In this document: positions 20,171 to 31,036 of the stretch, piece after piece
How the letters are laid out: each line of letters opens with the position of its first letter
How positions within the stretch are numbered: the stretch's first letter is position 1
Assembly: GCA_965238175.1 (NCBI GenBank)
Contig: CBDEGZ010000003.1
Coordinates: 1,216,001 to 1,280,000 of the forward strand
Direction of reading: 5' to 3'
Length of the DNA stretch: 64,000 nucleotides
Source of the DNA: Gammaproteobacteria bacterium
GTDB taxonomy: Bacteria > Pseudomonadota > Gammaproteobacteria > CAJXQU01
Made by a program: the position numbers and the translations under genes
The notes under the pieces: generated by a model
Seen by the model: only the letters and a program-made list of their open reading frames with translations
What the model was told of the DNA's origin: nothing
The model's database searches: none

Positions 20171-21094
20171 ATGTCTGCATCAGGATCAAAAACTGCCATT
20201 ATTGCGGCGTTGGCCGGCAATGCATTAGTCGCAATTACCAAGTTTGTTGCTGCTGGAATTACCGGTAGTTCGGCAATGTTCTCCGAAGGAATTCATTCTG
20301 TTGTTGATACAGGCAATCAGGGACTTTTACTTTACGGGATAAAAAAAGCACAAAAACCAGCAGACGAAGAATTTCCATTTGGGCATGGTAAAGAGATCTA
20401 CTTTTGGAGTTTTGTCGTAGCGATCTTGATCTTTGCAGTGGGTGCTGGTGTATCTATCTATGAAGGTATTCATCATATTTTTCATCCTGAACCGATGCAG
20501 AGCGTTATGATCAATTACATTGTTCTTGGGCTCGCTTTTTTATTTGAAGGTGCTGTTTTTTTAGTTGCGCTTCGGGAATTCAATAAAGTAAAAGGCGATT
20601 ATGGTTATTTTGAAGCGGTTCGAAGAGGGAAAGATCCTTCACTTTTTGTTGTGTTATTTGAAGATTTTGCTGCGACTTTAGGCCTGTTAGTTGCCGCTCT
20701 GGGTATTTTTCTTTCACAAACTACCGGTATTTTGCAATTCGACGGAATTGCCTCTGTAATCATTGGCCTGATTTTAGGGTCAACTGCTTTTTGGTTAGCA
20801 ATTGAAACCAAAGGACTTTTGATCGGCGAAAGAGCTGGGCAAGGTGTTGTTGCTGGGATCAAAAAGCTTGTGAACGCTAGAGATGAAATTGATTATGTTA
20901 ATGAAGTATTGACCATGCATATGGGCCCAGAATTTATACTCCTCAATATCAGTGCGACATTCAAAGATTCAGCCAAAGCCGATGATATAGAAGACGCGAT
21001 AGAGTCGTTGAGTGAGCAGATCAAAAGTGAATATCCGAACGTCAAACGTATTTTTGTTGAAGCAGAGGCGAGGCATAGAAAAGTGGTTTCATGA
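20171..21094 (+). CDS. Cation diffusion facilitator family transporter
   Basis: SEGIHSVVD, FPFGHGKE, FEDFAA, multiple TM helices. Confidence 0.88.
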   Translation: MSASGSKTAIIAALAGNALVAITKFVAAGITGSSAMFSEGIHSVVDTGNQGLLLYGIKKAQKPADEEFPFGHGKEIYFWSFVVAILIFAVGAGVSIYEGIHHIFHPEPMQSVMINYIVLGLAFLFEGAVFLVALREFNKVKGDYGYFEAVRRGKDPSLFVVLFEDFAATLGLLVAALGIFLSQTTGILQFDGIASVIIGLILGSTAFWLAIETKGLLIGERAGQGVVAGIKKLVNARDEIDYVNEVLTMHMGPEFILLNISATFKDSAKADDIEDAIESLSEQIKSEYPNVKRIFVEAEARHRKVVS

Positions 21095-21357
21095 TCCGAC
21101 TTAGTGCTGTTTTTGGGGAAAGCTTAATAAATAACTGGTTTTTGCGTCCAAGTTTTTTAAGCAGTCTTTCGAGGTTTACTTTGCTATTTGGATCATTTTG
21201 TTTAGAGGCTAACCTAAATAGTCAGAGAGTTTGCTCATCATTATTTTCAATTCCAGAACCGAGCATATAGGACATCCGAGATTATTTTGTGCAACAGAAT
21301 ATCTAGTGCAAGATGCTTTTTTCCACTATTCAACGATTGTTTTGTCACCCTGTGTTA

Positions 21358-21599
21358 TATACCCGTGATACTTGGAAATACATATTTATAGCACGCCTGC
21401 TTTTATCCATGGCGGCGTTGTTCCTCTTTGTAGGGAATGGCTATGCGCATCGTCGTCACGCCTTGCCCTGACTGAATAGAAGCAGATGCTCTCGGCTTTG
21501 GCTTCCTGCATCTCGCTCTCGACAATAGTTCCTGCGTTGTTCTACCTTCGAGCATCCTGGAGTCGTCTAAAACATGCATTTCCAAGTATCATGGGTATA
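21358..21599. mobile_element. ERIC-like MITE, short form
   Basis: TIRs TATACCCGTGATACTTGGAAAT / ATTTCCAAGTATCATGGGTATA. Confidence 0.78.
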
Positions 21600-21719
21600 T
21601 ACGAATCGCTGAACGATTGATCTGAATTTCCTGCGTTAATTTGAGAATACTCTGCACGGATTGTTGTCTGTCCGTTATAATTCCTCCTTTTCGTCGATTG
21701 GATACCAATAGCAAAAAAC

Positions 21720-22685
21720 ATGGAATTATCCCGTAAACTCGATGTTATTCTCGCCAGACAAAGTGATTGTGTGGCGACAATCGGTAACTTCGATGGACTT
21801 CATCTGGGGCATCAGGCGGTGCTTAAGCAGCTACGTGCGCGAGCTGATGCGTTGGGTTTGCCAGCAACGGTGATTGTTTTTGAGCCGCAACCGTTGGAAT
21901 TTTTTGATCCTGATAATGCACCACCACGTTTGACGCGCTGGCGGGAGAAATATCAATTGTTAAAAGAACAAGATGTCGATCGCATGGTTTGCGTGGCTTT
22001 TAATCATGAAACAGCGGCTTTGTCTGCCGAAGCCTTTGTCACAGATATTCTATTGAATAAGGTTGGGGTTAAACATCTTGTGATCGGCGATGATTTTCGT
22101 TTTGGTCAAGGTCGTCAGGGTGATTATGATTTGCTTTGTACCTTGGGTGAAAAACACGATTATAAAGTTGAACGATCAAAAACATTTTTGATCGAAAACG
22201 AGCGAGTTAGTAGTAGTCGGATCAGAAAGGCGTTAGCGACAGATCAACTTGAGATGGCCTCCGGGTTATTAGGTCGTGCATATAGCATCAGTGGACGTGT
22301 AGCGCACGGAGATAAACAGGGGCGCGAGTTAGGTTTTCCGACAGCGAATATTGAGTTGCGTCGAATGAAAACGGTGTTGAATGGCATTTTTATCGCACAG
22401 GTAACATTTGGTGATCAATCATCACGACCGGCAGTGGCTTATATTGGAACAAAACCAACACATGGCGGAACGCGTACTTTGCTCGAAGTGCATGTGTTTG
22501 ATTACTCCGGTGATCTGTATGGTCAGTATATAAAGGTGGAGTTCCTGCAGAAGTTGCGAGATGATAAGCGGTTTGATTCGTTTGAGTTACTTAAGGATCA
22601 AATTGCGGCGGATGCAAAAGTGGCCAGAGATTATTTTAAAGAGAACTCTGACTTACTCAGAGTTTCCATTAATTATTTTAAGTGA
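21720..22685 (+). CDS. ribF: Bifunctional riboflavin kinase / FAD synthetase
   Basis: GNFDGLHLGH, GDDFRFG, GRELGFPTAN; upstream of ileS. Confidence 0.96.
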   Translation: MELSRKLDVILARQSDCVATIGNFDGLHLGHQAVLKQLRARADALGLPATVIVFEPQPLEFFDPDNAPPRLTRWREKYQLLKEQDVDRMVCVAFNHETAALSAEAFVTDILLNKVGVKHLVIGDDFRFGQGRQGDYDLLCTLGEKHDYKVERSKTFLIENERVSSSRIRKALATDQLEMASGLLGRAYSISGRVAHGDKQGRELGFPTANIELRRMKTVLNGIFIAQVTFGDQSSRPAVAYIGTKPTHGGTRTLLEVHVFDYSGDLYGQYIKVEFLQKLRDDKRFDSFELLKDQIAADAKVARDYFKENSDLLRVSINYFK

Positions 22686-22698
22686 AATTGAATAGACA

Positions 22699-25518
22699 AT
22701 GAGTTCAGATTACAAACCGACGTTAAACCTTCCTAAAACAGATTTTCCTATGCGCGGCAATTTGCCGAACCGCGAACCGGCTATGTTAAAGCAGTGGGAA
22801 GGCGATGGGCTATATCAGAAGATCCGTAAAAACCGGGCGAGTAAGGAAAAATACATTCTTCACGACGGCCCGCCATACGCAAACGGCGATATCCATATTG
22901 GTCACGCGGTCAATAAAGTGCTCAAAGATATCATCGTTAAATCACGCTCAATGAGTGATTTGGATGTGCCTTATGTTCCCGGTTGGGATTGTCATGGGCT
23001 GCCGATCGAATTAATGGTCGAGAAAAAGATCGGTAAAGCCGGTCACAAGGTGGATGCAAAAACATTCCGTAAAGCTTGTCGTGAATATGCGCAAAAGCAA
23101 GTTGATAAACAGCGATCAGATTTTAAACGTTTGGGCATTTTTGCAGATTGGGATAATCCTTATCTGACGATGGATTATAAGTTTGAGGCGAATATTATCC
23201 GCGGACTTGGAAAGATCATCGACGCTGGGCATATGCAAAAAGGTGTTAAGCCAGTGCATTGGTGTACTGATTGCGGATCGGCTTTAGCTGAGGCTGAAGT
23301 TGAATATGAAGACAAAACCTCACCAGCGATTTATGTGGCGTTTAAAGTAGAAGATTTAGCAGAATTGTCGAAGCATTTTGATCAAACATTTGCAGCGCCT
23401 GTTTCAGTTGTAATCTGGACAACAACGCCGTGGACATTACCGGCGAACCAAGCGGTGGCTTTGAACGCAGAACTAGAATACTCCGTTGTACTTTATAGTG
23501 CCGAAGAAGGCGAAAAACGGATCTTGATGGCGACGAGTTTGATAGAAGATGTAATGAATCGTTGTGGTGTTAAAGACTATACCGTTGCGATGCATTGCAA
23601 AGGATCTGATCTGGAAGGGTTGAAACTCAAGCATCCATTTTATGAGCGTATTGTTCCGGTAATTTTGGGTGATCATGTCACGACGGATGCCGGTACTGGT
23701 GCGGTACATACTGCTCCCGGACATGGACAGGACGATTTTATTGTCGGACAACGTTATGGTTTGGAAGTGGATAACCCTGTCGGAGATAACGGTGTGTTCT
23801 TGCCGAGTACAGAATTATTTGCCGGTAAGCATGTGTTCGCTGCCAATGAAATAGTGATCGATGTTCTTAAACAAAACGACGCGCTAGTTCATCACGAAAA
23901 TTTAAGGCATAGCTATCCGCATTGCTGGCGGCATAAAACGCCGATCATTTTCCGCGCAACGCCGCAGTGGTTTGTGAGCATGGATGATAATAATTTGCGC
24001 GAAACTGCACTGAAAGAAGTAGGCAAGGTCAGTTGGTTGCCAGATTGGGGTGAAGAACGCATTAATGGGATGATCGAAAATCGTCCTGATTGGTGTATTT
24101 CTCGTCAGCGAACCTGGGGTGTTCCGATAGCGGTTTTTATAAATCGAGAAACGCAGGAATTACATCCAGGGACATCAAGATTGATCATGGAAGTAGCGGA
24201 TCGAATCGAACAACAAGGCATTGAAGCCTGGTTCGAATTAGACGCTGCAGATTTGTTGGGAGATGAAGCAGCCCAATATGCCAAGGTGACAGATACGTTG
24301 GATGTTTGGTTTGATTCTGGTGTGACGCATGAATGTGTTTTACAACAGAATGAAGATCTGGTTTTTCCGGCAGATCTGTATTTAGAAGGATCAGATCAGC
24401 ATCGTGGTTGGTTCCAGTCATCATTGTTGACCTCAGTCGCAATCAATAATGTCGCACCATACAAAACGGTTTTGACGCATGGGTTTACCGTTGATGCGAA
24501 GGGCATGAAAATGTCTAAATCGAAAGGCAATGTTGTTGAACCGCAGAAGGTGATTAATCGTCTTGGCGCTGACATTCTCAGACTTTGGATTGCGTCTTCA
24601 GACTACAGCGCAGAAATGAGCGTGTCGGATGAAATTCTCGATCGTACTGCCGATGCTTATCGTCGGGTCAGAAATACAGCACGATTTTTATTATCAAACC
24701 TGGAAGGATTTGATCCAGAAAAAAATAGCGTACCATTTGATGAATTGATCAAACTAGATCGATGGGCAATTCAGCATACTGCACAGCTTCAACAGGAAAT
24801 TATTGAGGCTTACGAGAGTTTCCAATTTCATTTAATCTATCAAAAACTGCATCATTTTTGTTCGGTGGAAATGGGTGGCTTTTATCTCGATATTATTAAA
24901 GATCGACAATACACCACGAAAAGTGACAGTCATGCGCGACGTTCTGCCCAGACTGCGCTTTATCATATTATTGAAGCAATGACGCGCTGGATAGCACCAA
25001 TATTGAGTTTTACGGCTGAAGAGTTATGGCAACATATTCCGGGTAAGCGTGATGAGACGATCTTTTTGCAAACCTGGTATGAACCGTTAAATAATCTAAC
25101 GGATGTTGCTGAATTTGATCTGACTTATTGGCAAAAAGTGATCGTAGTGCGTGAAGCAATCAGTAAAAAATTAGAAGGCTTGCGAACGGAAGGAAGCATT
25201 GGTTCGTCGTTAGATGCTGAAGTGACTCTTTATTGTGAGGACGAACTTTATTCTGATCTTGAATTGTTAGAAGATGAATTACGTTTTGTTTTGATCACTT
25301 CTTATGCTCGAATTGCTCCAATGTCTGATGCACCGGATAACGCGGATTCAACGGATCTGGAAACAATGAAATTAGTTGCAGTGGCTTCTGATTATGAAAA
25401 ATGTGTACGTTGTTGGCATCACCGCGAAAATGTTGGTCAACATTCAGAACACCCAAAATTGTGTGGTCGTTGTGTTGAAAATGTTGCCGGCGATGGCGAA
25501 CCTAGATCATATGCTTGA
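22699..25518 (+). CDS. ileS: Isoleucine--tRNA ligase
   Basis: HIGH and KMSKS motifs, C-terminal zinc finger. Confidence 0.98.
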   Translation: MSSDYKPTLNLPKTDFPMRGNLPNREPAMLKQWEGDGLYQKIRKNRASKEKYILHDGPPYANGDIHIGHAVNKVLKDIIVKSRSMSDLDVPYVPGWDCHGLPIELMVEKKIGKAGHKVDAKTFRKACREYAQKQVDKQRSDFKRLGIFADWDNPYLTMDYKFEANIIRGLGKIIDAGHMQKGVKPVHWCTDCGSALAEAEVEYEDKTSPAIYVAFKVEDLAELSKHFDQTFAAPVSVVIWTTTPWTLPANQAVALNAELEYSVVLYSAEEGEKRILMATSLIEDVMNRCGVKDYTVAMHCKGSDLEGLKLKHPFYERIVPVILGDHVTTDAGTGAVHTAPGHGQDDFIVGQRYGLEVDNPVGDNGVFLPSTELFAGKHVFAANEIVIDVLKQNDALVHHENLRHSYPHCWRHKTPIIFRATPQWFVSMDDNNLRETALKEVGKVSWLPDWGEERINGMIENRPDWCISRQRTWGVPIAVFINRETQELHPGTSRLIMEVADRIEQQGIEAWFELDAADLLGDEAAQYAKVTDTLDVWFDSGVTHECVLQQNEDLVFPADLYLEGSDQHRGWFQSSLLTSVAINNVAPYKTVLTHGFTVDAKGMKMSKSKGNVVEPQKVINRLGADILRLWIASSDYSAEMSVSDEILDRTADAYRRVRNTARFLLSNLEGFDPEKNSVPFDELIKLDRWAIQHTAQLQQEIIEAYESFQFHLIYQKLHHFCSVEMGGFYLDIIKDRQYTTKSDSHARRSAQTALYHIIEAMTRWIAPILSFTAEELWQHIPGKRDETIFLQTWYEPLNNLTDVAEFDLTYWQKVIVVREAISKKLEGLRTEGSIGSSLDAEVTLYCEDELYSDLELLEDELRFVLITSYARIAPMSDAPDNADSTDLETMKLVAVASDYEKCVRCWHHRENVGQHSEHPKLCGRCVENVAGDGEPRSYA

Positions 25519-26009
25519 TATGGAGATTATTTGAAATGCGGTGGTTATGGCTTTCGGTTGTGGTAGTTATTCTCGATCAAATTAGTAAATTTCATGCGAG
25601 CGAATACCTTCTAAACCAACCACCGATAGTGATTACGTCTTGGTTGAATTTTATTCTTGCTCATAACTACGGTGCTGCTTTTAGTATATTGGGTGGTCAA
25701 CGATTATTATTGGCTGGGCTATCAGCAGTCGTTTCCATAGTTTTGATCGTTTGGATTAGTCGATTGCCTAAGAATACGTTTTGGTTACCTTGTTGTCTTG
25801 CTCTAATTTTAGGTGGTGCAGTAGGAAATTTAATTGATCGTGTATGGTTTGGTTACGTGGTGGACTTTATCGATTTCCATATCAACACTTGGCACTTCGC
25901 GACATTTAACGTTGCGGATGTGGCAATTTCAGTCGGTGCAGTAATGATGTTGATTGATGCTTTTTTTCTATCAAATGATGAAGAAAAAGAAAATTTGATT
26001 CGGGACTAG
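25515..26009 (+). CDS. lspA: Signal peptidase II
   Basis: LDQISK, NYGAAFS, GNLIDR, FNVAD; start may be the ATG of MRWLW. Confidence 0.95.
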   Translation: MIWRLFEMRWLWLSVVVVILDQISKFHASEYLLNQPPIVITSWLNFILAHNYGAAFSILGGQRLLLAGLSAVVSIVLIVWISRLPKNTFWLPCCLALILGGAVGNLIDRVWFGYVVDFIDFHINTWHFATFNVADVAISVGAVMMLIDAFFLSNDEEKENLIRD

Positions 26010-26040
26010 TTTGTGGTTAAGCAGGGATGTTTAAGGAATA

Positions 26041-26225
26041 TGTCATCCTGAGCGACTGCGAAGGATCTCAACATCGAAGCCGCTCAGTTCAAGATTAAAC
26101 CAGTATATTAGGTTGAGTTAGGCTAGGCATGGTTTCATGCCGTAACCCAACATTAAAAGTCTCATCGACATTTGATAATCTTGATGTTGGATTACGGAGC
26201 AAAAGACACTCCTAATTCAACCTGC
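26041..26225. repeat. Cluster of REP-like palindromes (BIME-like)
   Basis: TGTCATCCTGAGCG...GAAGGATCTC (26041-26069) and an inverted pair AGGTTGAGTTAGG...CGTAACCCAACA (26109-26152) / TGTTGGATTACG...CCTAATTCAACCT (26185-26225) between convergent genes. Confidence 0.6.
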
Positions 26226-26275
26226 GCTACTCTAAGATAAAATTAAAAAGAAGGGTCGTGCAGTCCAACTCTCCC

Positions 26276-26959
26276 CTACGCCGCTTTTTTACGAAACCCC
26301 ATCAAACCCAATAACGCCGAGCCCATTAACCAAACAGCCGCCGGAACCGGTACCGCATTGACAGTCGTTGTATCAAACGCCACTTCATAATGGGTAGTGG
26401 AACTGCTTCCTAAATTAGTAAGAACTCGCAGTCGAAGATATCGAGTGCTGATATCCGTAAAGTTAAAAACCTGAGCACCTCCTCCTCCAGTATCTGTATC
26501 ATTTCCGAAGGTACCCAAGGTAGTCGTCCCAGCCATATAATCACCATCATCATCCGCAAACAGAGTAAATTGATTGATGCCTCGAGAGGATGTATCGAAC
26601 CACGAGACTATTTGAGAGACGATATAAGTATCTCCCAGGTCAAAGTCGATATCGCCCGTTGGCATATTGGCTGCTGAAAGCCAACTATAGCGTAGGCCAA
26701 TCCTATGTGTTGGTTGGCTGCTAACATAAGTATCAAAGTCTGTGACGCCGCTGATATAGCTTGAGCTAAGGTGTGCCTGATCAATAAGCGAGTTGATGTT
26801 TGTACGACCAGAAAAGCTTCCCATCGTCGTCGTCACCGAGCTTGCACTGCGGATTAATCCTGCATGACTGTAGCTTGAGAAAGCCAGTAAGGCGATTAGG
26901 CTAAAAAGTTGTGTTTTGTGTTTTGTGTTTTGTGTTTTGTGTTTTGTGTTTTGCATCAT
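26276..26959 (-). CDS. VPLPA/PEP-CTERM-type exosortase substrate, possible discoidin-like carbohydrate-binding domain
   Basis: C-terminal VPVPAAVWLMGSALLGLMGFRKKAA; signal peptide; IDFDLG...TRYLRL pattern. Confidence 0.82.
   Translation of the reverse strand: MMQNTKHKTQNTKHKTQLFSLIALLAFSSYSHAGLIRSASSVTTTMGSFSGRTNINSLIDQAHLSSSYISGVTDFDTYVSSQPTHRIGLRYSWLSAANMPTGDIDFDLGDTYIVSQIVSWFDTSSRGINQFTLFADDDGDYMAGTTTLGTFGNDTDTGGGGAQVFNFTDISTRYLRLRVLTNLGSSSTTHYEVAFDTTTVNAVPVPAAVWLMGSALLGLMGFRKKAA
26909..26953 (-). repeat. Heptamer simple-sequence repeat (CAAAACA)x6 just after the start codons
   Basis: TTGTGTT x6 plus TTG on the + strand; encodes QNTKHKTQNTKHKT. Confidence 0.95.
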
Positions 26960-27006
26960 TTTGTCCTTTAATTTTAAGAGTACTTATTATTGAGTTTATA
27001 ATAGAG

Positions 27007-27084
27007 CATCGATAGCACATTCCATGTCGATAGCACATCGATAGCACATTCCATGTCGATAGCACATCGATAGCACATTCCATG
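27007..27084. repeat. 29-bp tandem repeat, about 2.7 copies
   Basis: CATCGATAGCACATTCCATGTCGATAGCA at 27007, 27036 and partial at 27065. Confidence 0.95.
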
Positions 27085-27087
27085 CCA
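27072..27087 (-). promoter_or_regulatory. Sigma54 (-24/-12) promoter of the VPLPA-CTERM gene
   Basis: Minus strand TGGCATGGAATGTGCT has GG-N10-GC spacing; sigma54 control is typical for PEP-CTERM genes. Confidence 0.7.
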
Positions 27088-27158
27088 CTTTGTAATAACT
27101 AATATTTTCAACCACTTATGGATTCACATAAAATTTATGACCTGGTTTACGTTAATTG

Positions 27159-27176
27159 TGTCGTTTTTTAACGACA
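27159..27176. promoter_or_regulatory. Candidate enhancer-binding-protein site
   Basis: Palindrome TGTCGTT-TTTT-AACGACA (TGT-N12-ACA) about 70-90 bp upstream of the sigma54 element. Confidence 0.55.
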
Positions 27177-27345
27177 GTTATTATGGTTTTGATGAGGAGA
27201 TCTTTCGCTATACTCAGTCAGGATGACATCAAAGAGGGAGGGTATTCTGACGATTTCAGGAAGAATCTTAAGAACGAAATCTTTAAACGTACCATTTTAG
27301 TTATGCAACAAAGCGAGATGCTTATCCAGAGTTCAGCTTAAAGAA

Positions 27346-27873
27346 TCAGAATGAAGGAACAGAGTCTAGATCAATTTTTTCCGTTAAGGTCTGAATGACC
27401 AACATAACGCTTTCTTTTTCAACCGCAGCGCAGGGAATAATGGGAATATTTTCTGATAATTTCAAATGGCTACGGATTTCTTCCATCGATACAACATCTG
27501 GATAATCTTGTTTGCTAGCAGCGATAACATGCGGTAGTGAAACATCAAAGCTGGCAAGAATATTTACTGCATCGTCAAGTGAATTACGATCACTACTATC
27601 AACGACAAGAATAAAGCCTCTCATCCCTTTCGATAGTACGTCCCACATAAAGTCAAGATAGTCTTGGCCAGGTGTTCCAAATAAATTGATCTGTACAGAT
27701 TCATTAAGATCAATTCTTCCATAATCCATAGCAACGGTAGTGGTTTTCTTAGTCCCAGTTTGATCTTCAAGATCGACTTCTGTAGAGACGGTTTCGATTT
27801 CGCTGGCCGTATTTATGAAGCGTGTTTTTCCTGCGCCGTATGTTCCTGCAACGACAATTTTAACTCGTTTCAT
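27346..27873 (-). CDS. MglA/CvnD-like small GTPase
   Basis: GTYGAGKT P-loop, TTTVAMDYG, LFGTPGQ, SKQD. Confidence 0.85.
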   Translation of the reverse strand: MKRVKIVVAGTYGAGKTRFINTASEIETVSTEVDLEDQTGTKKTTTVAMDYGRIDLNESVQINLFGTPGQDYLDFMWDVLSKGMRGFILVVDSSDRNSLDDAVNILASFDVSLPHVIAASKQDYPDVVSMEEIRSHLKLSENIPIIPCAAVEKESVMLVIQTLTEKIDLDSVPSF

Positions 27874-28600
27874 ACAAATAACTTTCTAGTATTTCTCGTT
27901 CTGAAGCAGGTAAGTTCTTAGTTTTCAGTCGTTTCTTCACGAGTCGTCGGGAGATTATACCTCGTGAGATAAGGCGTCGTTTTTCTTCTGGGAGCACAGA
28001 CTCATTTAGAAAAACTTTATCAATAGGCAATATTTTTGAATCGACGATTAAATTTATTTCATCTAGCAAAGCACGGAATCCACTATCAGGATTACTTAAA
28101 CGGAGTTTCACAAATTCAGTGGGGATAGAGCCAGTTTTGTAGATAGTCTTCATTTCTGTTCGATAGTTTTCGATCAATTTTGGTTTGACAGATTTTTCAA
28201 TTCTATGTTCGAGCATCTCTATTCTTTTTGATAGAAGTGTTGTTATAAAACTATCAGATTTTTTTTTATCTCTCTTATTGGTGTTTTTTGGAAGATTCAA
28301 AATCTGATCATAAATCGAAAGAATTTGTTTTAAAGAAATTTTTTGATAGATGTCAGAAACAAAAATGCGATTACGTTTTGTTAATAAATCTTCAACTGAA
28401 TCCAAACCGAGTATAAAAATAATATCGAGTAATTCCTTGATGTCTCGATTAAAACCGAGCGCACAGATAAGTTGGCTGAGGTTTAATTGAAAATGTTGAG
28501 CAATTTCTTCAGCTGTCAAAGACATATCTACTTCGGGAGCGTAGAAAGTTTCAATTATGTCCTCAGAACTGGCAGAGAGTAGTTCATGAAAAACAGGCAT
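27860..28600 (-). CDS. Hypothetical protein overlapping the GTPase start
   Basis: 246-aa ORF in an apparent operon; no family recognised. Confidence 0.7.
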   Translation of the reverse strand: MPVFHELLSASSEDIIETFYAPEVDMSLTAEEIAQHFQLNLSQLICALGFNRDIKELLDIIFILGLDSVEDLLTKRNRIFVSDIYQKISLKQILSIYDQILNLPKNTNKRDKKKSDSFITTLLSKRIEMLEHRIEKSVKPKLIENYRTEMKTIYKTGSIPTEFVKLRLSNPDSGFRALLDEINLIVDSKILPIDKVFLNESVLPEEKRRLISRGIISRRLVKKRLKTKNLPASEREILESYLYETS

Positions 28601-28608
28601 GAATTGTC

Positions 28609-30039
28609 TTATTCCTTAATGTCATTCTGAATAAATTCAAAACTTCTTGGGAAGGGGCGAGCATCTCGATATTTTGGTGGAAGAGCCCTCCTGCCACGTA
28701 ATGATTCTTTGTGGTTTAGAAAATTCCCATAAATAACTTTATAAATTATTCGACCGTGCATGGTTGATTTGTATACTGCTTTCTCACCTTCTAGTTTAAG
28801 GTTTTTAATATAGCGTTGTGCATATTCTTCTTGATGGAATGCGATCATTTGAAGTGCATAATGTTCAGGGTTTTGTGTCTTTATCCAGTTTTCATCGAGA
28901 GGCTCTTCTGAAAAATGTATTACTGTTTCATTGTCAGTTTTTGGAATAATATTAGTTTTGGGTGATGGTTGTTTTGGTACTTCTATTGTCTTAGTAATTT
29001 TTTTAACTGGAATTGAGATAGGTTTTTCTACGAGCTTAATAGTTTCTATTTTTTGTTGTTTAGACGTTGTCGCTTTTTCAATTTTTTCTCCAGAGATGAC
29101 CTGATGGTTCTGTGGTGGTAATTTAGTCGGCGTAGGTTTTTCAGAAGGATCGTTCTCTATAATTGTTGTTTCGGGAGTTGTGAGGGTTTCCATTTCAGGA
29201 GTAGAAGAGGGCTGTGTATTAGCCGTCACAGTAACAACGGATTTTGTGGTGTCTCCTGTCATTTGCTTGGTTGTTTCATCCGAAGATAGTTTTTGTGCTG
29301 GTTCCATAGAGTTATCAAAGCCCTGGAGCCTTTCAGTTGCCTGATCAATTCCGCCTTCTGAAGCTCTTTGATACCATTTTCTGGCACCCGCTAAATCAAC
29401 ATCTGTTCCTCGGCCATGTTCAAGCAAAACGGCTAAATTATATTGTGCCTGCGCAATATTTTGTTCTGCGGCATCTTGAAAATAAGAGAGTCCTTTGGCG
29501 TAATCTTGAGCCACCCCTTGTCCAAATGAGTACATAACGCCCAGGCTATATTGAGCATGTGGGTGGCCTTGAGATGCTGCTTTTGAGTACCAATTTACTG
29601 CTTGAGTGCTGTCTTTCTCAATGCCAAGGCCGCGAGCGTACATAATACCAAGGTTATATTGCGATACGGCAACGCCATTATCAGCAGCCATACGCCACCA
29701 GGCCGAAGCTTTATCATAGTCTTGTTCAATTCCTTGTCCTTTGAAATATTTTACGCCAAGATCGTGTTGCACAGATGAATTGCCTTGTGCGGCGGCTTTT
29801 TCATACCAACTAATAGCTTTGATAGGATCTTTTTCTACACCGTGACCAAAGTCATACATAATACCAAGGGTGATTTGAGCTTTTGCATGACCTTTGCTTG
29901 CTAGAGGTTCTAATATGGAAAATGCTTTTTCGTAGTCTTTTGCTAAGTAAGCTTCTTTACCTTCTTCAAAGGAGGCTGCAAACAAGGTGTTACAGAGGGT
30001 GAGAAATAAGAGAAGTGCTAGTAAGAATTTTTTCATCAT
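28609..30039 (-). CDS. Periplasmic Sel1-repeat protein with C-terminal SPOR-like domain
   Basis: Signal peptide, about six AQxxLG.MY..G.GV repeats, T/P-rich linker, HYALQMIA...YKVIYGNF (DamX-like SPOR). Confidence 0.85.
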   Translation of the reverse strand: MMKKFLLALLLFLTLCNTLFAASFEEGKEAYLAKDYEKAFSILEPLASKGHAKAQITLGIMYDFGHGVEKDPIKAISWYEKAAAQGNSSVQHDLGVKYFKGQGIEQDYDKASAWWRMAADNGVAVSQYNLGIMYARGLGIEKDSTQAVNWYSKAASQGHPHAQYSLGVMYSFGQGVAQDYAKGLSYFQDAAEQNIAQAQYNLAVLLEHGRGTDVDLAGARKWYQRASEGGIDQATERLQGFDNSMEPAQKLSSDETTKQMTGDTTKSVVTVTANTQPSSTPEMETLTTPETTIIENDPSEKPTPTKLPPQNHQVISGEKIEKATTSKQQKIETIKLVEKPISIPVKKITKTIEVPKQPSPKTNIIPKTDNETVIHFSEEPLDENWIKTQNPEHYALQMIAFHQEEYAQRYIKNLKLEGEKAVYKSTMHGRIIYKVIYGNFLNHKESLRGRRALPPKYRDARPFPRSFEFIQNDIKE

Positions 30040-30072
30040 TTCTGTATTTTCGCATGCCGTTCTTAAAATAAA

Positions 30073-30106
30073 AACACCTCTGACAAGTTTAGTAATCAGA
30101 GGTGTT
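30073..30106 (-). terminator. Probable terminator after mtdA
   Basis: AACACCTCTGA / TCAGAGGTGTT stem followed by a T-rich run on the minus strand. Confidence 0.55.
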
Positions 30107-30154
30107 ATGTTTTACAAAATCTGACAGAAAGTCAGAATCTATAGAAGCTGAAAT

Positions 30155-31036
30155 TTACCAACCGCCTTTGTTTGCAATCATTTCTTTACAAATAGCGTAT
30201 ATTTCCATCGCATCAAAGACTTGATCGTGTGCTTCGAATAGTTTTTCTATACAACGTTTGTGTAGTGCTAGTTTTAATGTACCAACACCAATTGCTCCCC
30301 AGACTAGTTTGCCGTGATATAACTTACCTTTATCCATCATATCAATGCCACCGAAACCCAAGGGAGGCGTTGCGTTTGCATCAGATATCATTTGAATTGT
30401 TGGATTTAATCTCCATGCATCTTCTGATAACAGCTCTATACCTGCTGCGCCGCAGGCTAAAACAATCTGTGCACCCTCAAGTGCTTTTGCGGTTGATTCT
30501 TCATCTGAAGCTGCGGCTGCAGTCATTTCTACACCAAAGCTCTCATTCATGTCATCACAAGCCTGTTGAGCTCTTTCAAGATTCCGAGAAGTTAAGACGA
30601 CATTTGCGCCTTCTTTAGCCAACATTACACCAGCTCTTTGTCCTACAGGTCCTGTTCCAGCTAAAACAACAGCATGTTTGGCTTTTAGATTATTTGAGGA
30701 GTGTTCGAGTAAGGCAACCATGGCGGCAGCTGTTGTGTTTGAACCATTACTGTCAAGCATCATAGAAACACGAAAATCACCAAAGAAGTTTTTTGGGATG
30801 GTTTTAAAAAGCGCTTCACCAGCAACCATATTGCTACCACTTACAAAGATTGCAGTATGCTTTTTCTCTTTTGGAGGGCGTGTAAAGATGGTTCCTTCTA
30901 CAAGAGGTGTGACGTTTTCTGGTGTGACACCACCATAGCCTTTGACATGATCAGCACCGCCATCATAAGCAACAACCGTGTCGAAAACGCTTGGCATTGG
31001 ATCGGTATCAAAATGGAATAGTAGATTTTTAGGCAT
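30155..31036 (-). CDS. mtdA: NADP-dependent methylene-H4MPT / methylene-H4F dehydrogenase MtdA
   Basis: LLFHFDTD..PSVFD.VV.YDGGAD and FRVS.MLDSNGSNTTAAA, GTGPVG motifs. Confidence 0.88.
   Translation of the reverse strand: MPKNLLFHFDTDPMPSVFDTVVAYDGGADHVKGYGGVTPENVTPLVEGTIFTRPPKEKKHTAIFVSGSNMVAGEALFKTIPKNFFGDFRVSMMLDSNGSNTTAAAMVALLEHSSNNLKAKHAVVLAGTGPVGQRAGVMLAKEGANVVLTSRNLERAQQACDDMNESFGVEMTAAAASDEESTAKALEGAQIVLACGAAGIELLSEDAWRLNPTIQMISDANATPPLGFGGIDMMDKGKLYHGKLVWGAIGVGTLKLALHKRCIEKLFEAHDQVFDAMEIYAICKEMIANKGGW

Noticed and set aside
27007-27084. Possible CRISPR array
   Set aside because: The 29-bp units are directly adjacent with no unique spacers, and no cas genes are in the window.
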